A stretch of DNA of 64,000 nucleotides from Zygnema circumcarinatum SAG 698-1b (Eukaryota > Plantae > Zygnematophyceae): the NCBI GenBank assembly GCA_037447605.1, contig CM074820.1:1054001-1118000 (forward strand), read 5' to 3'. Shown piece by piece: positions 36,801 through 50,244 of the stretch. A program made the translations under genes and the position numbers. Each line of letters opens with the position of its first letter. Within the stretch, counting starts at the first letter, position 1. The notes beneath the pieces were generated by a model. That model had not been told where the DNA came from and searched no databases. It saw only the letters and a program-made list of their open reading frames with translations.

Positions 36801-38419
36801 TATTTGGCAACGGGGCTAAGTGGAGGGAGTCATAGAGAGAAGCGAAGCAACTATCAGTCCTACTCTCCAAGGCTGTGACCCAAAAAATCCGAAAATCTCT
36901 ACCTTATTCTGTTCGGAAGCCCAATAACCTCAACTCTCCGCCGCCATGTGTGAAGACAATGGCGCTACAAAGTGCCGCTCATTCTCTCTCACCCCCCCTT
37001 CCGAACCTCTCTTCTTCAGCTCCACCAAATCAGGGAGCCACAAATGTTTGCAATGGAGATGCAACCATGGCTTGATACTCCTAAGGCTCCCATGCCACTT
37101 TAATAACCTCTCCATTGATTGAAAGAGCAATCCAAAAATTTACAATGTTTGCACTCTCCTCTTTACAAAATTCCACTTCTGCTTTAAGGCCAGAGCTGCC
37201 GAGTTTTCAATCTCATATTAATACTGTTACTTTCCCCTGAATCCGTGCAGTGATAACTTTGTCACACATTCAAAAGCTGTGACTGTTCATAAGAGTTAGT
37301 GTTTATATTTCCACCCTTCTTCACTTGCTGATTGCCGTTACGACTATATCAACACCAAAATTTTCCATTTGATGGAAAAGCGGAACCTTTAGTCCCTCTA
37401 GAGATTATCTTGAATCATTATCCTTTCTGCAAATTGAATTTCTTTGCCAATTCTACCTGGCGCTTGCGAAATAACTTTTCGCAAGAAATTGTTGGGGAGA
37501 TCCGCGCAGCATTTCTCCACCCACTTCAATGCTGTTGGAGCTCCACTTTGACCTAAAAATCCATCAGAATGCTCAACAGGTGGCAGCCTATGCCATAATG
37601 GCCTATCAGCATGCCCATGTGCATGCCTCCATGCAAGAGGGGCGTCTCTTGCATTCGTTGCGTGTTGTCCTTCTCCACCTCCTCTACCATCTTCACCAAT
37701 ATTGAAATCTACTGTAGATTCCAGAAAAATGTCGGCAGATGCATACAAATCAGCAACTGCAGAAGCTTCGGAAGAAGAGAAGGAAGCGAGGGAAGAGAGA
37801 GCGGTGTCAAGGACGCGCGGCGACTGAAAAGACGAGGAAATGGAGAAGGATTGGAAGCCATGGAGGAGAAAGCTGCGCCATGGCGGAGACGAGAGACGAG
37901 CTGCGAGCTCCTTGGGGAGGGAAACCATGGCCATGGCCGATTCCTTCCCCTGCTCTCTCAACACATTCCTCAAGGGCGAAAGGGGGGGGAGAGAGCCAAA
38001 GGGAGGGACGGAAATAGGTCGGTCGAGTTCTGAGGGCCTTCATAAGGATTCAAGAGTTTTTGCGAATTTGGGGGATTTTTGCTAGAGATATTGTTTATGG
38101 TTTTCGTAATACATGAAAGATAAAAAATCGTTCTCTTCACATGCGAAGACATTGAATGCAGAAAAATCTTTGAAAGCAGGTGGACTGAGTCAAAAACTTT
38201 TTGGTCTATGTCTATGAAAACCGTCTTTGGCGTCCCTTCACCTTCGTCTATCTCTATCTTTCTCCCCCGCTCTATATGCAAGAGATGTTTGTTGCTTGTT
38301 TGCTTGTTTGTCTATTTGGGGGAAATTTCATCCGCCGCCCCGCTCTATCCATCAATCTCACTATTAAAAAAAAAAAAAAAAGACACACTAAAACTGTATT
38401 ATACACCATCTTTGAACCA

Positions 38420-38720
38420 TGTATCGTATCGTATCAATTACAATGTCACTACGATATATTACAGCATCGTATTGTATCTCTATTAAAATATCGTATCGTA
38501 TCGTCAAAGCTCGCGGGTGCTCCCATCTCCATATCTCCCCCCGCACTTGCCGCCGTAAGAGGCGCTCGCTCTTCTCCCCTTCTTCTTGGTTTCGATACGA
38601 TACGCTACGCTACGATATTACCCAATACGGTACTATCCGTACAAGCCGTACTAACCGATGCGGTGCGGTGCGATACGATATGACATCAAACGATACGATA
38701 CGATACGTACGGACATACAT
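38420..38720. repeat. Inverted clusters of GTATC/GATAC pentamers (non-autonomous DNA-transposon-like); smaller copy at ~42245-42305
   Basis: (GTATC)n runs at 38420-38505 face (GATAC)n runs at 38594-38710. The motif ATATGACGAGGACC (38820) is the reverse complement of GGTCCTCGTCATAT at ~20526. Confidence 0.55.
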
Positions 38721-40066
38721 GAACTCCAGCATAATTCCGCTCGCCTATTATTGGTAACAGGGACGTTCTATTTGCCAAAAACAATATTTTCGCCCGGTAT
38801 TTGCCGAAACCATGGCGAAAATATGACGAGGACCGCCTGTATGTCTAAAACCTGGTTTGTTGCGGTAAACTGGTTTGTTCGTGAAACCGCGGACGCGTGT
38901 GTTCGTTCTAAGTCGGTTGACGGCCCGGCGGTGCCCCTTTGCTCTTTCGATACGCTTTTCTGCATTGGTGTGCATGTAACACTAAACTTCTTAAATTTTA
39001 TTTGAAACGCTTTTCTTGCATGCAGACAGCGCCAAGATTTAAAGATTGGCAGCTCGTATTCGCCTCAGTATGCGCGTTCCGCACCTGAACAGGGGTGAGA
39101 AAACATCACTTACAGCAGCACATGGGGCACTTGGACAGTGCCTTTAGGTCAGGACCTATCGCACCAAACCTCCTTCAACATATCCAATGGACGTCAAACG
39201 AAGCCACTTTAGGTTGCACATTGTGTTGTTACGTGAACCAAAATGGCAGTGCTGCCTTCATAGCAACATGTCGGTTACAATCATACCCCCAATCGGAAAC
39301 TCTTTTCATTAGGTTTAGGGCTTTAGGTATTCCAGTAGCCATCCACAATTCAGGTATATATCACAGCTTTGCACGTGGCACCTCACACCATCCGCAGTTC
39401 CCATCTTCCATGGCATTCTCATGGGTTGCATCTGATCTCGAGGGTCTCCTCCCTACCTCTTCTTCGAAGGGTACAAAGGAGAAGTGTAAGGGAAATTTTC
39501 CTGTACAAAAGCAGGTCATCAATGAAAAGCAATAAGTTCACACGAAGAAGGGGATTGAAAGTGATAAAAGACTACTCAGTATGAATACAATCGTCAAGAT
39601 GTTCCAAAAAACCAAATAGGCTTATACTGCATGGCTCCACGCTTCAATAAAGATGATGAAGATGTAAAGTAAACGCCAATTATGAGAAAATAATCTAGTT
39701 TCTGAATTCTCTCCAGGACTACATTCGAGTCAAGAAAACCAGACGAGGCCCAATTTTGCGGCAGTCAAACATCACAAACAAGGACCTGACCTATAACCTC
39801 CACGTTCAATACGGAGCGACTGCAAAAGCACAGTCTTCAACCAACCTAGATACACCGCATAGGTTCTAGTACTCTTCAACGTTGGCTACAAATTCAGTAG
39901 TGCGAAAGTGGTGTTCTTGGAATGCACAATGCAATCAAACTGTTTCAAAACGACAATGGTTCACTGCATAGGCATCATCTCAAGCTGCTAAAAAGAGAAA
40001 GAGTGCAGCTCACCGGCCACGGAGGTCTAATCGCTTCGAATGACAGAGAAATTCGAGGCTAGAACT

Positions 40067-41839
40067 CTAGCCTTCACCGTCTTCTTCATCACCTACGAAC
40101 TCCGCAACATAGTCCAAGTTGAGAGTTAAAAGCTCAAAGCTGTTGGCAAGCTGCACAACTGCCTCCCCTTTGTCTGCATCTCTCGATAGTAGCTTCCCAG
40201 GCAGGCCCCTGTACTCGCCTCCTACTACAGCCACCCTCCCCCCTCGCTTGGGCAGGGCTGTTTCCAGCATGTCCTGCTCTAATCCATGCAGCACCTGATT
40301 TGTCTCGTCTACAAGCACATTACACACGGTTGGCGATGACAGGTCCAAAATAACAGCCTTTTTAAGATAAAGTCGACCGCCACCAACTTTTTTACTCACA
40401 ATCCGAACCTTAATTTGCCTCATCAGCCACGGAGGAGGTGCAGAACTGCCTAAAGCCGCTTTCCCGTTTTGTGAATAGGACTTCTCCGTTTGTCTCTTTG
40501 CGATGTCAACTACCTTATCGGCATAATCGTCATGATTCCCTCTGCTAACGCGATCATGCTCATTACCCCTCCTGTCATCCCCCTTAAGCCTTTCGCCTCT
40601 GTCCCTATCATCCCCTCTCACCTCCTTGCTCCGAGCTTCTGGCTTCCTATGATTACTACTCTCACTCCTCCTTCTCCTCTCGTCTTGCTCCTCCCTCCTT
40701 CCAGGTTTCTCCTCCCCGTGACCTCCAACCTCCCGGTTGCGGTGACTCCTCCTGTCAGACTGTCTCCTCTCGCGATCTTGCAACTTCCTCATCGCGTCCT
40801 CTTCTTCAAGGGAGCCAATATCTGCAAGGTCTTTTGCTTCTACCATCACTTCCTCGTCGCTTGTCAATAATTTCACCCTCGCTTGGTCGAACTTTCCGCT
40901 TTCTTTCGCGAGCACACACGCTTTTAAGCCTTCATGAGGCCCACCAATGACTATCATTGTCTTGCCTACTTGAACACCAGGCAGCACCCTCTCCACAAGC
41001 TTCTCTCCAATAGGTTTCACATGGCGAACTCGTCCATCAGCTCCAGGAGCTGCGACCATATCCCGCTTCGCTTCCCTGCTATCTCCAGGCTTTAGAATCT
41101 TCTTCTTGTCGTTGTCATCCCCCTCCTTGGTCTTAGGCGTAGCCCCTAGGCCTAATCGTCCGACTCTTGGAACGTACTCCACAGGCTCCACCGGACCCTT
41201 TGCATTGCGGCCGATGGCTTTGCCTTCCTCCCATCCCATTCCTCTCATCAAAGCTTTTCCAAAGTCTTCAATCGGCATACTCTCATACACACTCGCATCT
41301 ACTTCATCGCCAAGAGCCTGCAAGTCTGCATGAAATCGCTGCCAATCTGCATCGCGAGCGCCCTTGCCCTTTGCAACTTTCCCGCCATTTTGAAGCCCTA
41401 ATCTTTCACCATCTGCAAGCATCTCCTGTCCTACCTTCTGACTTTTGCTTCTCAGCTGCAACCCGTATTCAACACCAGGAAGCGGTCCTGCATCCACCTT
41501 TTCTACAACAAACCGCTCCTCTGTGCTCTTTGGAACCTCTTCCTCAAGCAGGCTGCGCAACCGTGCCTTCTTCTTGAGCTCCCAGCTGTCCTCCTGCTTC
41601 GGAATGATCTTCTCAGAAACAGCAACTCCTCCGACACCCTCCATCTTCCCCTCTCCCACTGCTGCCAGCGCCTCCACGCCCTCCTGTTCCGCCCCCTTTC
41701 TCTTTTCTCGAGCTCCCCGCGCCGCGGGGACCTTCGGCCGCGCAAACGAGAAGCGCATGGGCTGGGAGCGCTCCTCTTCTCCATCTCCATCGCCTCTCCC
41801 AGGCTCCTCCTCCTTCCTCGGCTCTGCGTCTGCCGCCAT
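40067..41839 (-). CDS. MOS2: G-patch and KOW domain spliceosomal protein (MOS2/GPKOW/Spp2 family), 590 aa, single exon
   Basis: MRFSF N-terminal motif, G-patch YESMPIEDFGKALMRGMGWEEGKAIGRN..RLGLGA, KOW motifs, and C-terminal WLMRQIKVRIVSK..GGRLYLKKAV..LETALPKRGGRVAVVGGEYRG. Confidence 0.92.
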   Translation of the reverse strand: MAADAEPRKEEEPGRGDGDGEEERSQPMRFSFARPKVPAARGAREKRKGAEQEGVEALAAVGEGKMEGVGGVAVSEKIIPKQEDSWELKKKARLRSLLEEEVPKSTEERFVVEKVDAGPLPGVEYGLQLRSKSQKVGQEMLADGERLGLQNGGKVAKGKGARDADWQRFHADLQALGDEVDASVYESMPIEDFGKALMRGMGWEEGKAIGRNAKGPVEPVEYVPRVGRLGLGATPKTKEGDDNDKKKILKPGDSREAKRDMVAAPGADGRVRHVKPIGEKLVERVLPGVQVGKTMIVIGGPHEGLKACVLAKESGKFDQARVKLLTSDEEVMVEAKDLADIGSLEEEDAMRKLQDRERRQSDRRSHRNREVGGHGEEKPGRREEQDERRRRSESSNHRKPEARSKEVRGDDRDRGERLKGDDRRGNEHDRVSRGNHDDYADKVVDIAKRQTEKSYSQNGKAALGSSAPPPWLMRQIKVRIVSKKVGGGRLYLKKAVILDLSSPTVCNVLVDETNQVLHGLEQDMLETALPKRGGRVAVVGGEYRGLPGKLLSRDADKGEAVVQLANSFELLTLNLDYVAEFVGDEEDGEG

Positions 41840-42491
41840 GGCGCACAGCTTGCCGGCTCAGCCCTTTGAAACCTGGCGGCCGCTTCTGCCGGTACTTTCA
41901 GTAGGGCCGCTGCGCGCCTCCGCGAAGGAAGGAAGCGCGGGCGACTGCCAATGGTTGGTGGCTGCCAACCATTGATACGCGACACGAGCAACCATTGGAC
42001 TCACCATTGGTTGCGTCCAATGGTTGACGAACCATTTACGTCGAATCGAATCAGCCATTGCCAATGGTAGGCAACCATTGGTGCCAACCATTGGACGGCC
42101 AAGCACCACCGCAATCCGATGGTTGTCCAATGGCTACCGACCCCATGGTTTGCTTCGCTTTCTGGTGTACATGTACTTGCTTTTTCTTTCCTTCATTTTT
42201 ATAATTTTATGAGGGGGCCCGATAATTGGGACATTAGAAACCGTATATATCGTATCGTATCATATCGTAATTTAACACTGTACTATACGATACGATACGG
42301 CCGTACTGATTAAAAATAGTTGCCTAAAGGTTAGTTGGCTCCTGCAATCTGATCTATGGACGTTCCATGTTTGACCCGGCGCCGTAAAACAGCGAAATCC
42401 AGCAAATGCGATCACAAAGAACGGCAAAGGAAACGTGAATGAAGCATTTTTCGACCTGAGGGCTCGAGTTAAAGTGGGGGAGGCGGCAGCG

Positions 42492-45278
42492 ATGGCGGGC
42501 GACGGACATGGCGGAGATCGCGGGAGGCGGAAGGAGGGAAGAGGAAGGGAGGAGTTGTCAGAGGAGGGAGAGGAAGAGCGGAGGGAGGTACGGAAGCGGA
42601 GCAGGCGGGAGAGGGACCAGGAGAGGGTGGATGTGCATGGAAAGAGAAGTAGGAGAGGAGAGGAGGAAGGGAGGAGGAGGCGAGAGAAGGAGAGGGAGAA
42701 TGTGGAAGAAGAGGATGGTGTGGATGGTAGTGAGGAACAGCTCAACGGTAAAGGGGAGACGGAACTGGAGAGGGAGAGGGAGAGGGAGAGGGAGAGTGAT
42801 CGGAGGAGAGAGAAGCGGAAGAAGGGAGAGAGAGAGAGGAAGAGGAGGAGGAATGAGAGTGAAGATGATGAGAGTCGTTCTGGGGAATCAGATGAGTCTT
42901 CAAGGAGTGGAAGCGGGTCGTCGGGAAGTGAGAGTGAGAGTGAGAGTGATTCGGAGGAGGAGAGAGAGAGGGAGCGGAGACGAAGGAAGAGGAAGGAGAA
43001 GAAAAAGCTGAAGAAGAGAGAGGAGCGGAAACGAAGGGACAAGGAGAAGGATGCAGACGATAGACGGAGCGAAAGGAAGAGGAAGAAAAGGGAGGAAAGG
43101 ACGAAAGAAGAAAAGAAGGCAGAGAAGAAGAAGAAGGAGCAGGATGCTGCCAGAGGCCCGGTCACGGAGTACGGGAAGTATGGAATTCTTCGAGAGACGG
43201 ACATGTGGTATGTGCAGGTCGACTGCTTCATTTCGTTCTCGTTGTCAATAGAACAACACCTCGGCAGATTCAGGTTCAATAATTGTTGATTGAGTGTTAA
43301 GCCCTTCTATCTTGTTCCATTCACTCATTGTTATCTTCGCAACTGCCTTTTTTTTTACAAACTGTTTCATCGTTATTTGGTGCGGTAGTCGCTATTGTCC
43401 GTGTTGGAGCTCTCCCCTCCCCTCCCTTCTCTCTCTATCTCTCCCTTCTCTCTCTCACTCCCTTCTCTCTCTCTCCCTCCCTCTCTCTTTCTCCCCTCTC
43501 TCTCTCTCTTTCTCTCTCTGTCGATCTCCCTCGCCCCCTTGTTGTGTTTGTGTATATACAAACGAGAGTTTTAACGGACTAGGGGCATCCAACTGATGAT
43601 GGCGGCTGCAGGGTGAAGAGGCCTGAATTTAGCGCTTGGCTGGCAGAAGTGAAGAAGGTAAGAAAAGAAATCTTGAAAGCCTTGTTTTGACACTATCTGA
43701 CTCAGCTCAGCGAGCTATGCCAACTTCTTACGCAGAACAGCAGGTCCTGCAATTGCTTTAATATCAGTTGTATGAAAAATGTACTCTTGTGAAGAATAGC
43801 AAAGCGTCTCTTGTCGTCTGCAGGTGAGTTTGGAGCTATTGACAGGACCGGAAGAGAAAGCTATGTTCAAAGACTTTATGGAGGACTTCAACACTGCAAC
43901 TATGCCCTCTAAAAAGTAAGATTGGCCGTTGTCAGCTTTGCCAAACTGAACAGGTGTCATGAAGAATTGAAATCAATTGAGCATACTGTGGGTGATGGTG
44001 GGAGGAGTTCAAGAACCACTCAAAATTCAATATGTGAGCCTATGAGACGCACCTACAAGAAGCTTCTCGGAGATGCTGCTCGCTATTCAATGGGCACATC
44101 ATGTCGTTTTTAATGGACCAAAAAATGTCAAGCTTTCACATTGGACGTGTGGATTGTGAATTGTGAGGGGCAGGTATTACAACATCACAGTTTACCAAAA
44201 CAGGCAGATGCTGAAAGCTGCGCTCAAAGGAGCAAAGTCATCGAAGAATAAAGAGATGACAGAGTTCAATGACGAGGACTTGAAGCGGTGAGGCTCTTCT
44301 CCTCATGCCTTCCTAGTTGCCAGGAAGAGAAGCTCTGCCGTACACCTCCTTTTCGAAGGGAAGCTACTCTGTATACCACCTTTGAGAGTCAGTTATCAGT
44401 TGCCAAGAGTGACAAGAGAGAGACTAGTTTCCATCCTTGCTAAGAATTGATGGTGCTCTCATCAAAACTGGCCTTGATCAATAGTGGTCCTTCAACTATT
44501 CCCCACTTTCTTTCTCTCTCCAAGCATGTCGATCCTCTCAGGCAAGGGCAAGTGAGCTGTCTGAATCTGTCTAGTTTCGACTCGAACGCCCTTTGTATGC
44601 TCGGGAGTCATATTTCTCGCCCTTCAGCATTGCAAGAAAAGAGCAATTGCTTTCATATTGATCGCATTTGTTTGTTTTATGCACGCAGGGAGGAGATACG
44701 AGTGCAGAGGGCGCAGCAGAAAGAGGAGGAGGTGCAGCGGCTCAAAGCAGCGATGCAGGGGGGCAAGGTGCGTCCCCTTCCCGTGTTCGTCCTTTGTCTC
44801 TGTTAGGGTTTATGCAGTGAGGGGTTAGGGTTGGAGACCACCCCTCGAGCTAACTCAGACTCCCTGAATGAAACTGCAGGCGCAAGATATGATAGAGCAG
44901 GGGCGACTGCGGGAGGAGATGCAGTATCAATATCGGCTTGGCAACTTCGAGGTGCTTTTCACACACCTTCTGATAGGCCATGGAAGTCTGATGAAACGGT
45001 GTGTATCATGAGCTGAACGAATGGTTTTCGTTTAGACAAACGTATTCATTCAGAAGCCGAATTGAAGCGTGTGGTTGTGTGAGCTCTTCTCTGGGTTTCA
45101 AGCCAATGTTCAAAGCTGGACATTGCCTTGGGCAGCTGGTGGCTTTTGCACGCCTTGGGTTGCGTGTCTCCCATGGAAGCAAGCTCAATATGGAGCAGGG
45201 TCTGCCCTGTGATCTGGTGTGCAGGAAGCGGCGAAGATCCAAAAGCGGCTCGACCCGGATGTGGCGATGTTCAAGTGA
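42492..45278 (+). CDS. Conserved Arg/Glu/Lys-rich nuclear protein of unknown function. Exons 42492-43207, 43612-43657, 43824-43915, 44174-44287, 44689-44767, 44880-44951, 45225-45278
   Basis: RE/RK-rich N-terminus, then YGKYGILRETDMW-VKRPEFSAWLAEVKK-..FKDFMEDFNTATMPSKK-YY..FNDE..-AQDMIEQGRLREEMQYQYRLGNFE-EAAKIQKRLDPDV, a C-terminal block I recognise from land-plant proteins. GT-AG phases are consistent. Confidence 0.85.
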
Positions 45279-45299
45279 AGCAGGACAGCAGAGCCACTG

Positions 45300-45740
45300 G
45301 AGGGCCCTCCTCCCTCCATCACTCCCTCCCTCTCTCCCTCCCTCCCTCCCTCTCTCCCTCCCTCCCTCCCTCNNNNNNNNNNCTCCCTCCCTCTTTCCCT
45401 CTTTCGTCAATCCCTCCCTCCTTCCCTCCCTCCGTCCCTCCCTCTTTCCCTCTTTCGTCAACCCCTCCCTCCTTCCCTCCCTCCGTCCCTCCCTCCGTCC
45501 CTCCCTCCCTCCCTCCCAAATGTTGTGGATGGTGATAATGACCATGTCTATGAATGACGATCATGACGTTGTTCATGGTGATATCTATGTCTATGACGAG
45601 GCCGTTGATGATGACCATGATGATGATGATGATGATGACGATGACGATGTTGATGATCATCAGGATCATTGATGGTGACCTTGATCATGATGCTGATGAA
45701 GCCGACGAATACTGCAATGTTGACGATGATGACAACGAAA
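45300..45740 (+). repeat. CT-rich low-complexity tract (with gap) followed by GAT trinucleotide repeats
   Basis: (CCCT)n with a ~47-bp duplicated unit, then (GAT)n. Confidence 0.8.
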
Positions 45741-47390
45741 ACGAGAGGGTGAGAGAGGAATGGGATGAGAGAGAGTTGGAAAGAGGGCTGCCGTCATGGC
45801 TGCTTCTTCTTGACGATGAAGGTATAAAAGCGCGGCGGCCGAAGGCCATGTTGTATGTGGAACATGCGCAAGGTCGGACTCAGGGTTCAAGAAGCAGCCG
45901 CCGGCGGCCTAATGCGCCCCCTTGCACCAAAACGGGGGGGGGGATGATCTCGTTTCGTCCGTATATTGTCCGTACAGTCGTACGCTCTGCCGCCCGTCCG
46001 TACATGTCGGTCGCCTTGCAAATCTTGACCTCGCCAGAGCTGACGGACCAGCTAACGGTCCACGTGGCGCCTTTTAAGTCGCCATCGACATAGCGATAAG
46101 GCGCAACCGACATCCTGTGCCGCCGAACCTTTGCGACACGTCTCGCGCAAAGGACTGCCCCGCGATTCGCGCGCTGATCAGACCAATCAGATCACTTCGC
46201 GCAGATCCGCCTCCCGCCCCAAAATCTCCTCGTTCGTACTCCTCGCGCTCTGTCCGTACAACATGCGGCATCCGTACGCCAGGCGCTCGTACGGTTGGAC
46301 GCCGCCCGTACGGTCACGCTCCATCCGCATCCATCGTGCCAGGTTGCATTGTGCGATGCCCATGGCCCCATGGCCCATGGCTGATGGCCCCATGGCTCGT
46401 GCGCATGTTTGGGGATGTGATGTTGGGCGATCCCAATCCCAACGCCGCGATGTCTTGTCGCGTACAGCGCGCCATGAAGGCGATGTGGCCCTCTGCAAGG
46501 AGCGCGCATGTGAACACTGTGACGTGACAAAGCCAAAGAGTTTGCTCTCATGGCTGGTGAGGTTGTTAATTCCCTCGACCTTGTTCTCAGAGCGAAGATG
46601 GCCGGGCGGCATCGTTCGTTCGCCTTCTGAGGCAAGCACGGCCAGTTCGTTGCAAGAAGGAAGAGCGGCGGCGCGTATGGAGCCACTCTCAAAGGGGGCC
46701 CGCTGGGCCTGTGGGTGGGTGGGTGGGGACATTTGATGATGGCGTCCTTGAGATCGACGGCAATGAATTTTCATAGGATAGGGTGGAGGTTTTAAGATAC
46801 AGAAGCTAAATTGGAGCACTCCCCTTCCCCCCCACAGTAGAGACATTCAGTAGTGTAAAGCCATCCATCGCTCCGTTGAGCTTTAACGAATGGAAAAAAC
46901 TCCGAAGTATGTCTGAAATGTACAAGGAGTTTTGCAATGCTTTGGTCGAGCAGTTAATCGGCTATGACCTGGTACTCGGCCTTAATCCCATTAAGTCGAC
47001 CAGCTGCTCCTACTCTGTATACGGTACTTGGTTGAACAACGATATTTGTGACTGGATTTTGGGCTTTTCTGGGTTTTTGACATGTCCCAGCAGACTAGTG
47101 GTGTCCGCGTAGACCCACTCTAACGACCCAAGCAGGACTCTTGCAAACCCTTGCAGGAGACTATGCGGTGTAATCTCTCCGCACAGATACAACTGTACCA
47201 TGCAAAAAACTGTACAAAGGCTCTACTATGTACACTATCACATTATTCTCCTATCAATTCTCGGCCATATCCCATTCATCTACAAATAGACAAATAAACA
47301 TGTTTGACGCGCTGCTGTGGGTGCCGCATTCCTATGCCTGAGAGGGAGGGCCGGCTCTCTCCCTCCCTGCCTCCGCAGGGAGAGAGAGCG

Positions 47391-50192
47391 CTAAGTATCA
47401 GGATCTGCCGCCACGCGGCGCGTTGTGCGGATAGGCAGGCGATGAGCAGACGCGCCTTTCGTCTTCCGTACTGCTGCAGAGCAATTGCCAACAGAGCCTT
47501 TATCAGCCCCAATTAGAGAGAGAGAGGGGAGAGAGAGAGAGAGGAGAGTGAGAGGAGAGAGAGAGTGAGAGGGGAGAAAGAGAGAGAGAAGAAAGAGAGA
47601 GGCGAGAGAGAGGAGAGAGAAAGGAGTGAGAGGGTAGAGAGAGAGGGAGAGAGGGAGAGAGAGAGAGAGAGAGAGAGGAGGGAAACGCAGTAGTCAAAGA
47701 ACTCCCACCTTTGGCGCAGCTTCGGCAGACGTACACGACAAGGCCCAACAGAACGCTGAGGAGGGCGGCCCCCACAAGGAGAAAGGCCCACGTGGGGGCA
47801 CTGAGAGCGCCCACGTGGCGCGTGTCGGTTAGCCAGAGGGAGGCGCTGCGCGGGAGAGGAGAGGGACGGCCTCCCACAGGGAGGGAGGAGGGGGGGGGAG
47901 GGAAGGACAGGCACGTGTGGGAGGCGGCGTCGCACGTGCCAACGGGGCAGTCGCTGTCTACTGAGCAACTCACCTGCTGAGAGGGGCAGGAGAGGAACGA
48001 AGGAAAAAAAAGCGTTTAAAAAAAAAGGGACTTTTGGAGGGGAGAGTGTTGGGAGCTACAGTTAGGTACTTTTTAGGGTTTTAGGTGAGGTCAAGAAGTG
48101 GGCCGTTGAAGCATGCATGCATGCATGGATGCATGGATGCATAGATGATGGGTGATGGAGGATGGATGCAAGGGGGTGAACCTGATTGCATGATGAGCCG
48201 GAGAATCCCGGGAAGCAGTAGCATGTGCCGTTATAGCATGTGCCTGTACGGCAGCGGCCACAAATGCACTACTCAACCAGTCAATCTTTGAAGGCTTTAG
48301 TGTTGGGTTTTTAGGGTTTTTAGGGTTTTAGGGTTTTAGGGTTGAAGTGTTGTAGCCTTTTGCTAAATTACCAAAATGAAAATGAAACAAGGTCTAACCG
48401 AAACATATTTTATCATTTTCCTATCCTTCCCTTTGAAACAGTCGCAGGGCTTCTTTTTACCTTGAGCGGAGCAGTCTTCACTGCAGCCCACGAAGGGGCA
48501 GAAATCCGCCGCTTTAGGGCACAACAGCTCTCCTTCTTCCCACCCATCAGAGTCTGCCAGCTGTACTCTCTGCCCATCCGAACACTCGTACCACTTCTCC
48601 CTCACCTGCACCCCTCTCTCTCCCACCCACTCCCTCCCTCTGATCTCGCCTCAAACTGCTTGCAGAATTTCTCTTCCATTATGTAGAATCTTGGGGAGAA
48701 TCAGCAAGTTTTCTACCATATACACTGATATTATGTCATCACTCATTCATACCCTTAACCCGAATTGCCTACCTATTCTTCTTGTACGTACCTGCACTTG
48801 GAGAATAAGATTTCCGGCATCATTAGTGGTGCATTTTTGGCTGAAGCATCCTCCCCCAAGGTTGGCTGCTCTGTTTTTTCCCCCTCTCCTCCACACACTC
48901 CCTCCATCTCCAAAGCAGCGTGATCCCAACCCATAGCTTTGCCCCCATTCACTCCAACCCGGCCGAGAATTCGCCGACAATTGACATTGCTGGTCGGAAT
49001 ACCTTCACATGGAAAGGAAAAAAAAATGGAATGGAGAAATCTCACTAAAACGTTATTCGCATAAACAGAACGGTCCATTCTTAAACAGTCACATTCGGAA
49101 AATTGCCCAATTGTTGAACTCAAGACTGAGGTTTCTTACTTTCAGGAGAAGTCTGTTCTTTATGAGATGGAGCAGTATATTTCATGTTAATTCACTTTAG
49201 AATCATCAAGTGAGAGGCTTGCTTTTTAGGAGGAAGGAAAGAAAAAGGAAATGAAAAGGAGGAAGGAATGTTTGGTGGGTTCAGGAAAAGGACAAACATA
49301 CATTCTGACGGAGGGACAGCTGTCAGCTAGACACGCTTCGGACAAAGGAGCTGACGTGTCACAGCCCTCGCAGTAGCCGAGCCCGCGGGAGTCAAAGGAG
49401 CAGCCCTGAAAGAAACCACTCGGAATGCTTCGAGTGAATGGGAGATGAAGCCATAGACAAAGAAGAAGCAGCAACATCAACATATGAAATATGAACTAAC
49501 TAAGATTCGAAAGTGGACTACTGTCCACTTTCATTCTCTTCAATGGGAAAAGCAAAGGAAAGGGCGGAATGGAAGTGAGAGCATATGGAAATACTTTAAG
49601 AGCTTTTCATGCCTGTGTGTGAGAAGAGTGCTACACATTGGAGGAGGAGGAGGAGGAGAGGAGGAGAGGAGGGGGAGGAGGAGGGAGTACCGCGCCGCTT
49701 CCAATGGAGCAGAAAGCAGGTGGGAGAGAGAGGTCATTTCCTGCAAGTTGTTCGCACATGTGAGCACCAATGGATAGAGCAGCACAGCTTAAAGCTGCAA
49801 CAGGAAAGGTTTCAAGGTTTATATACTCAATGTTTCCAAGGACTGCAGTGCGAAACATGGCTTGTAGATCATAAAATAAGGGACTCAGTTCTGTGAGAAT
49901 AGTCGTGGGTGGATGAAAACATGTGTAGAAGGAGGCACTCGGGACATCGAAAGGAAGAATTGGCTGGAAGTTTAGACTTGATTTTCTAGTTCAAGTCATT
50001 AGTCATTTACTGGTCAATTAGACAGATTTAGGGAGTTTTGTGGGGTTCTTAAAAAATAGTATGAGGGAGGGTTGAGAAGGGCACCCCCGCAGTAGTCCAG
50101 TGCAAAAGGGCAGCCCTTCTGAAAGCCAAACTGGAGGAAGCCTGCACGCGAGTAGTCGGGGAGATACCTGCCGTGGAGGGAGAGGGAGGGGC

Positions 50193-50244
<52 letters not shown>

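Noticed and set aside
25622-46855. CACTA-like termini CACTACTG (25622) and CAGTAGTG (46848-46855)
   Set aside because: They are 21 kb apart, enclose ordinary genes, and the 3-bp flanks differ (GAA versus TAA).
46876-47112. Short ORF with GTWLNNDIC resembling Ulp1 protease WLND
   Set aside because: One short motif, with no catalytic His/Cys context visible.
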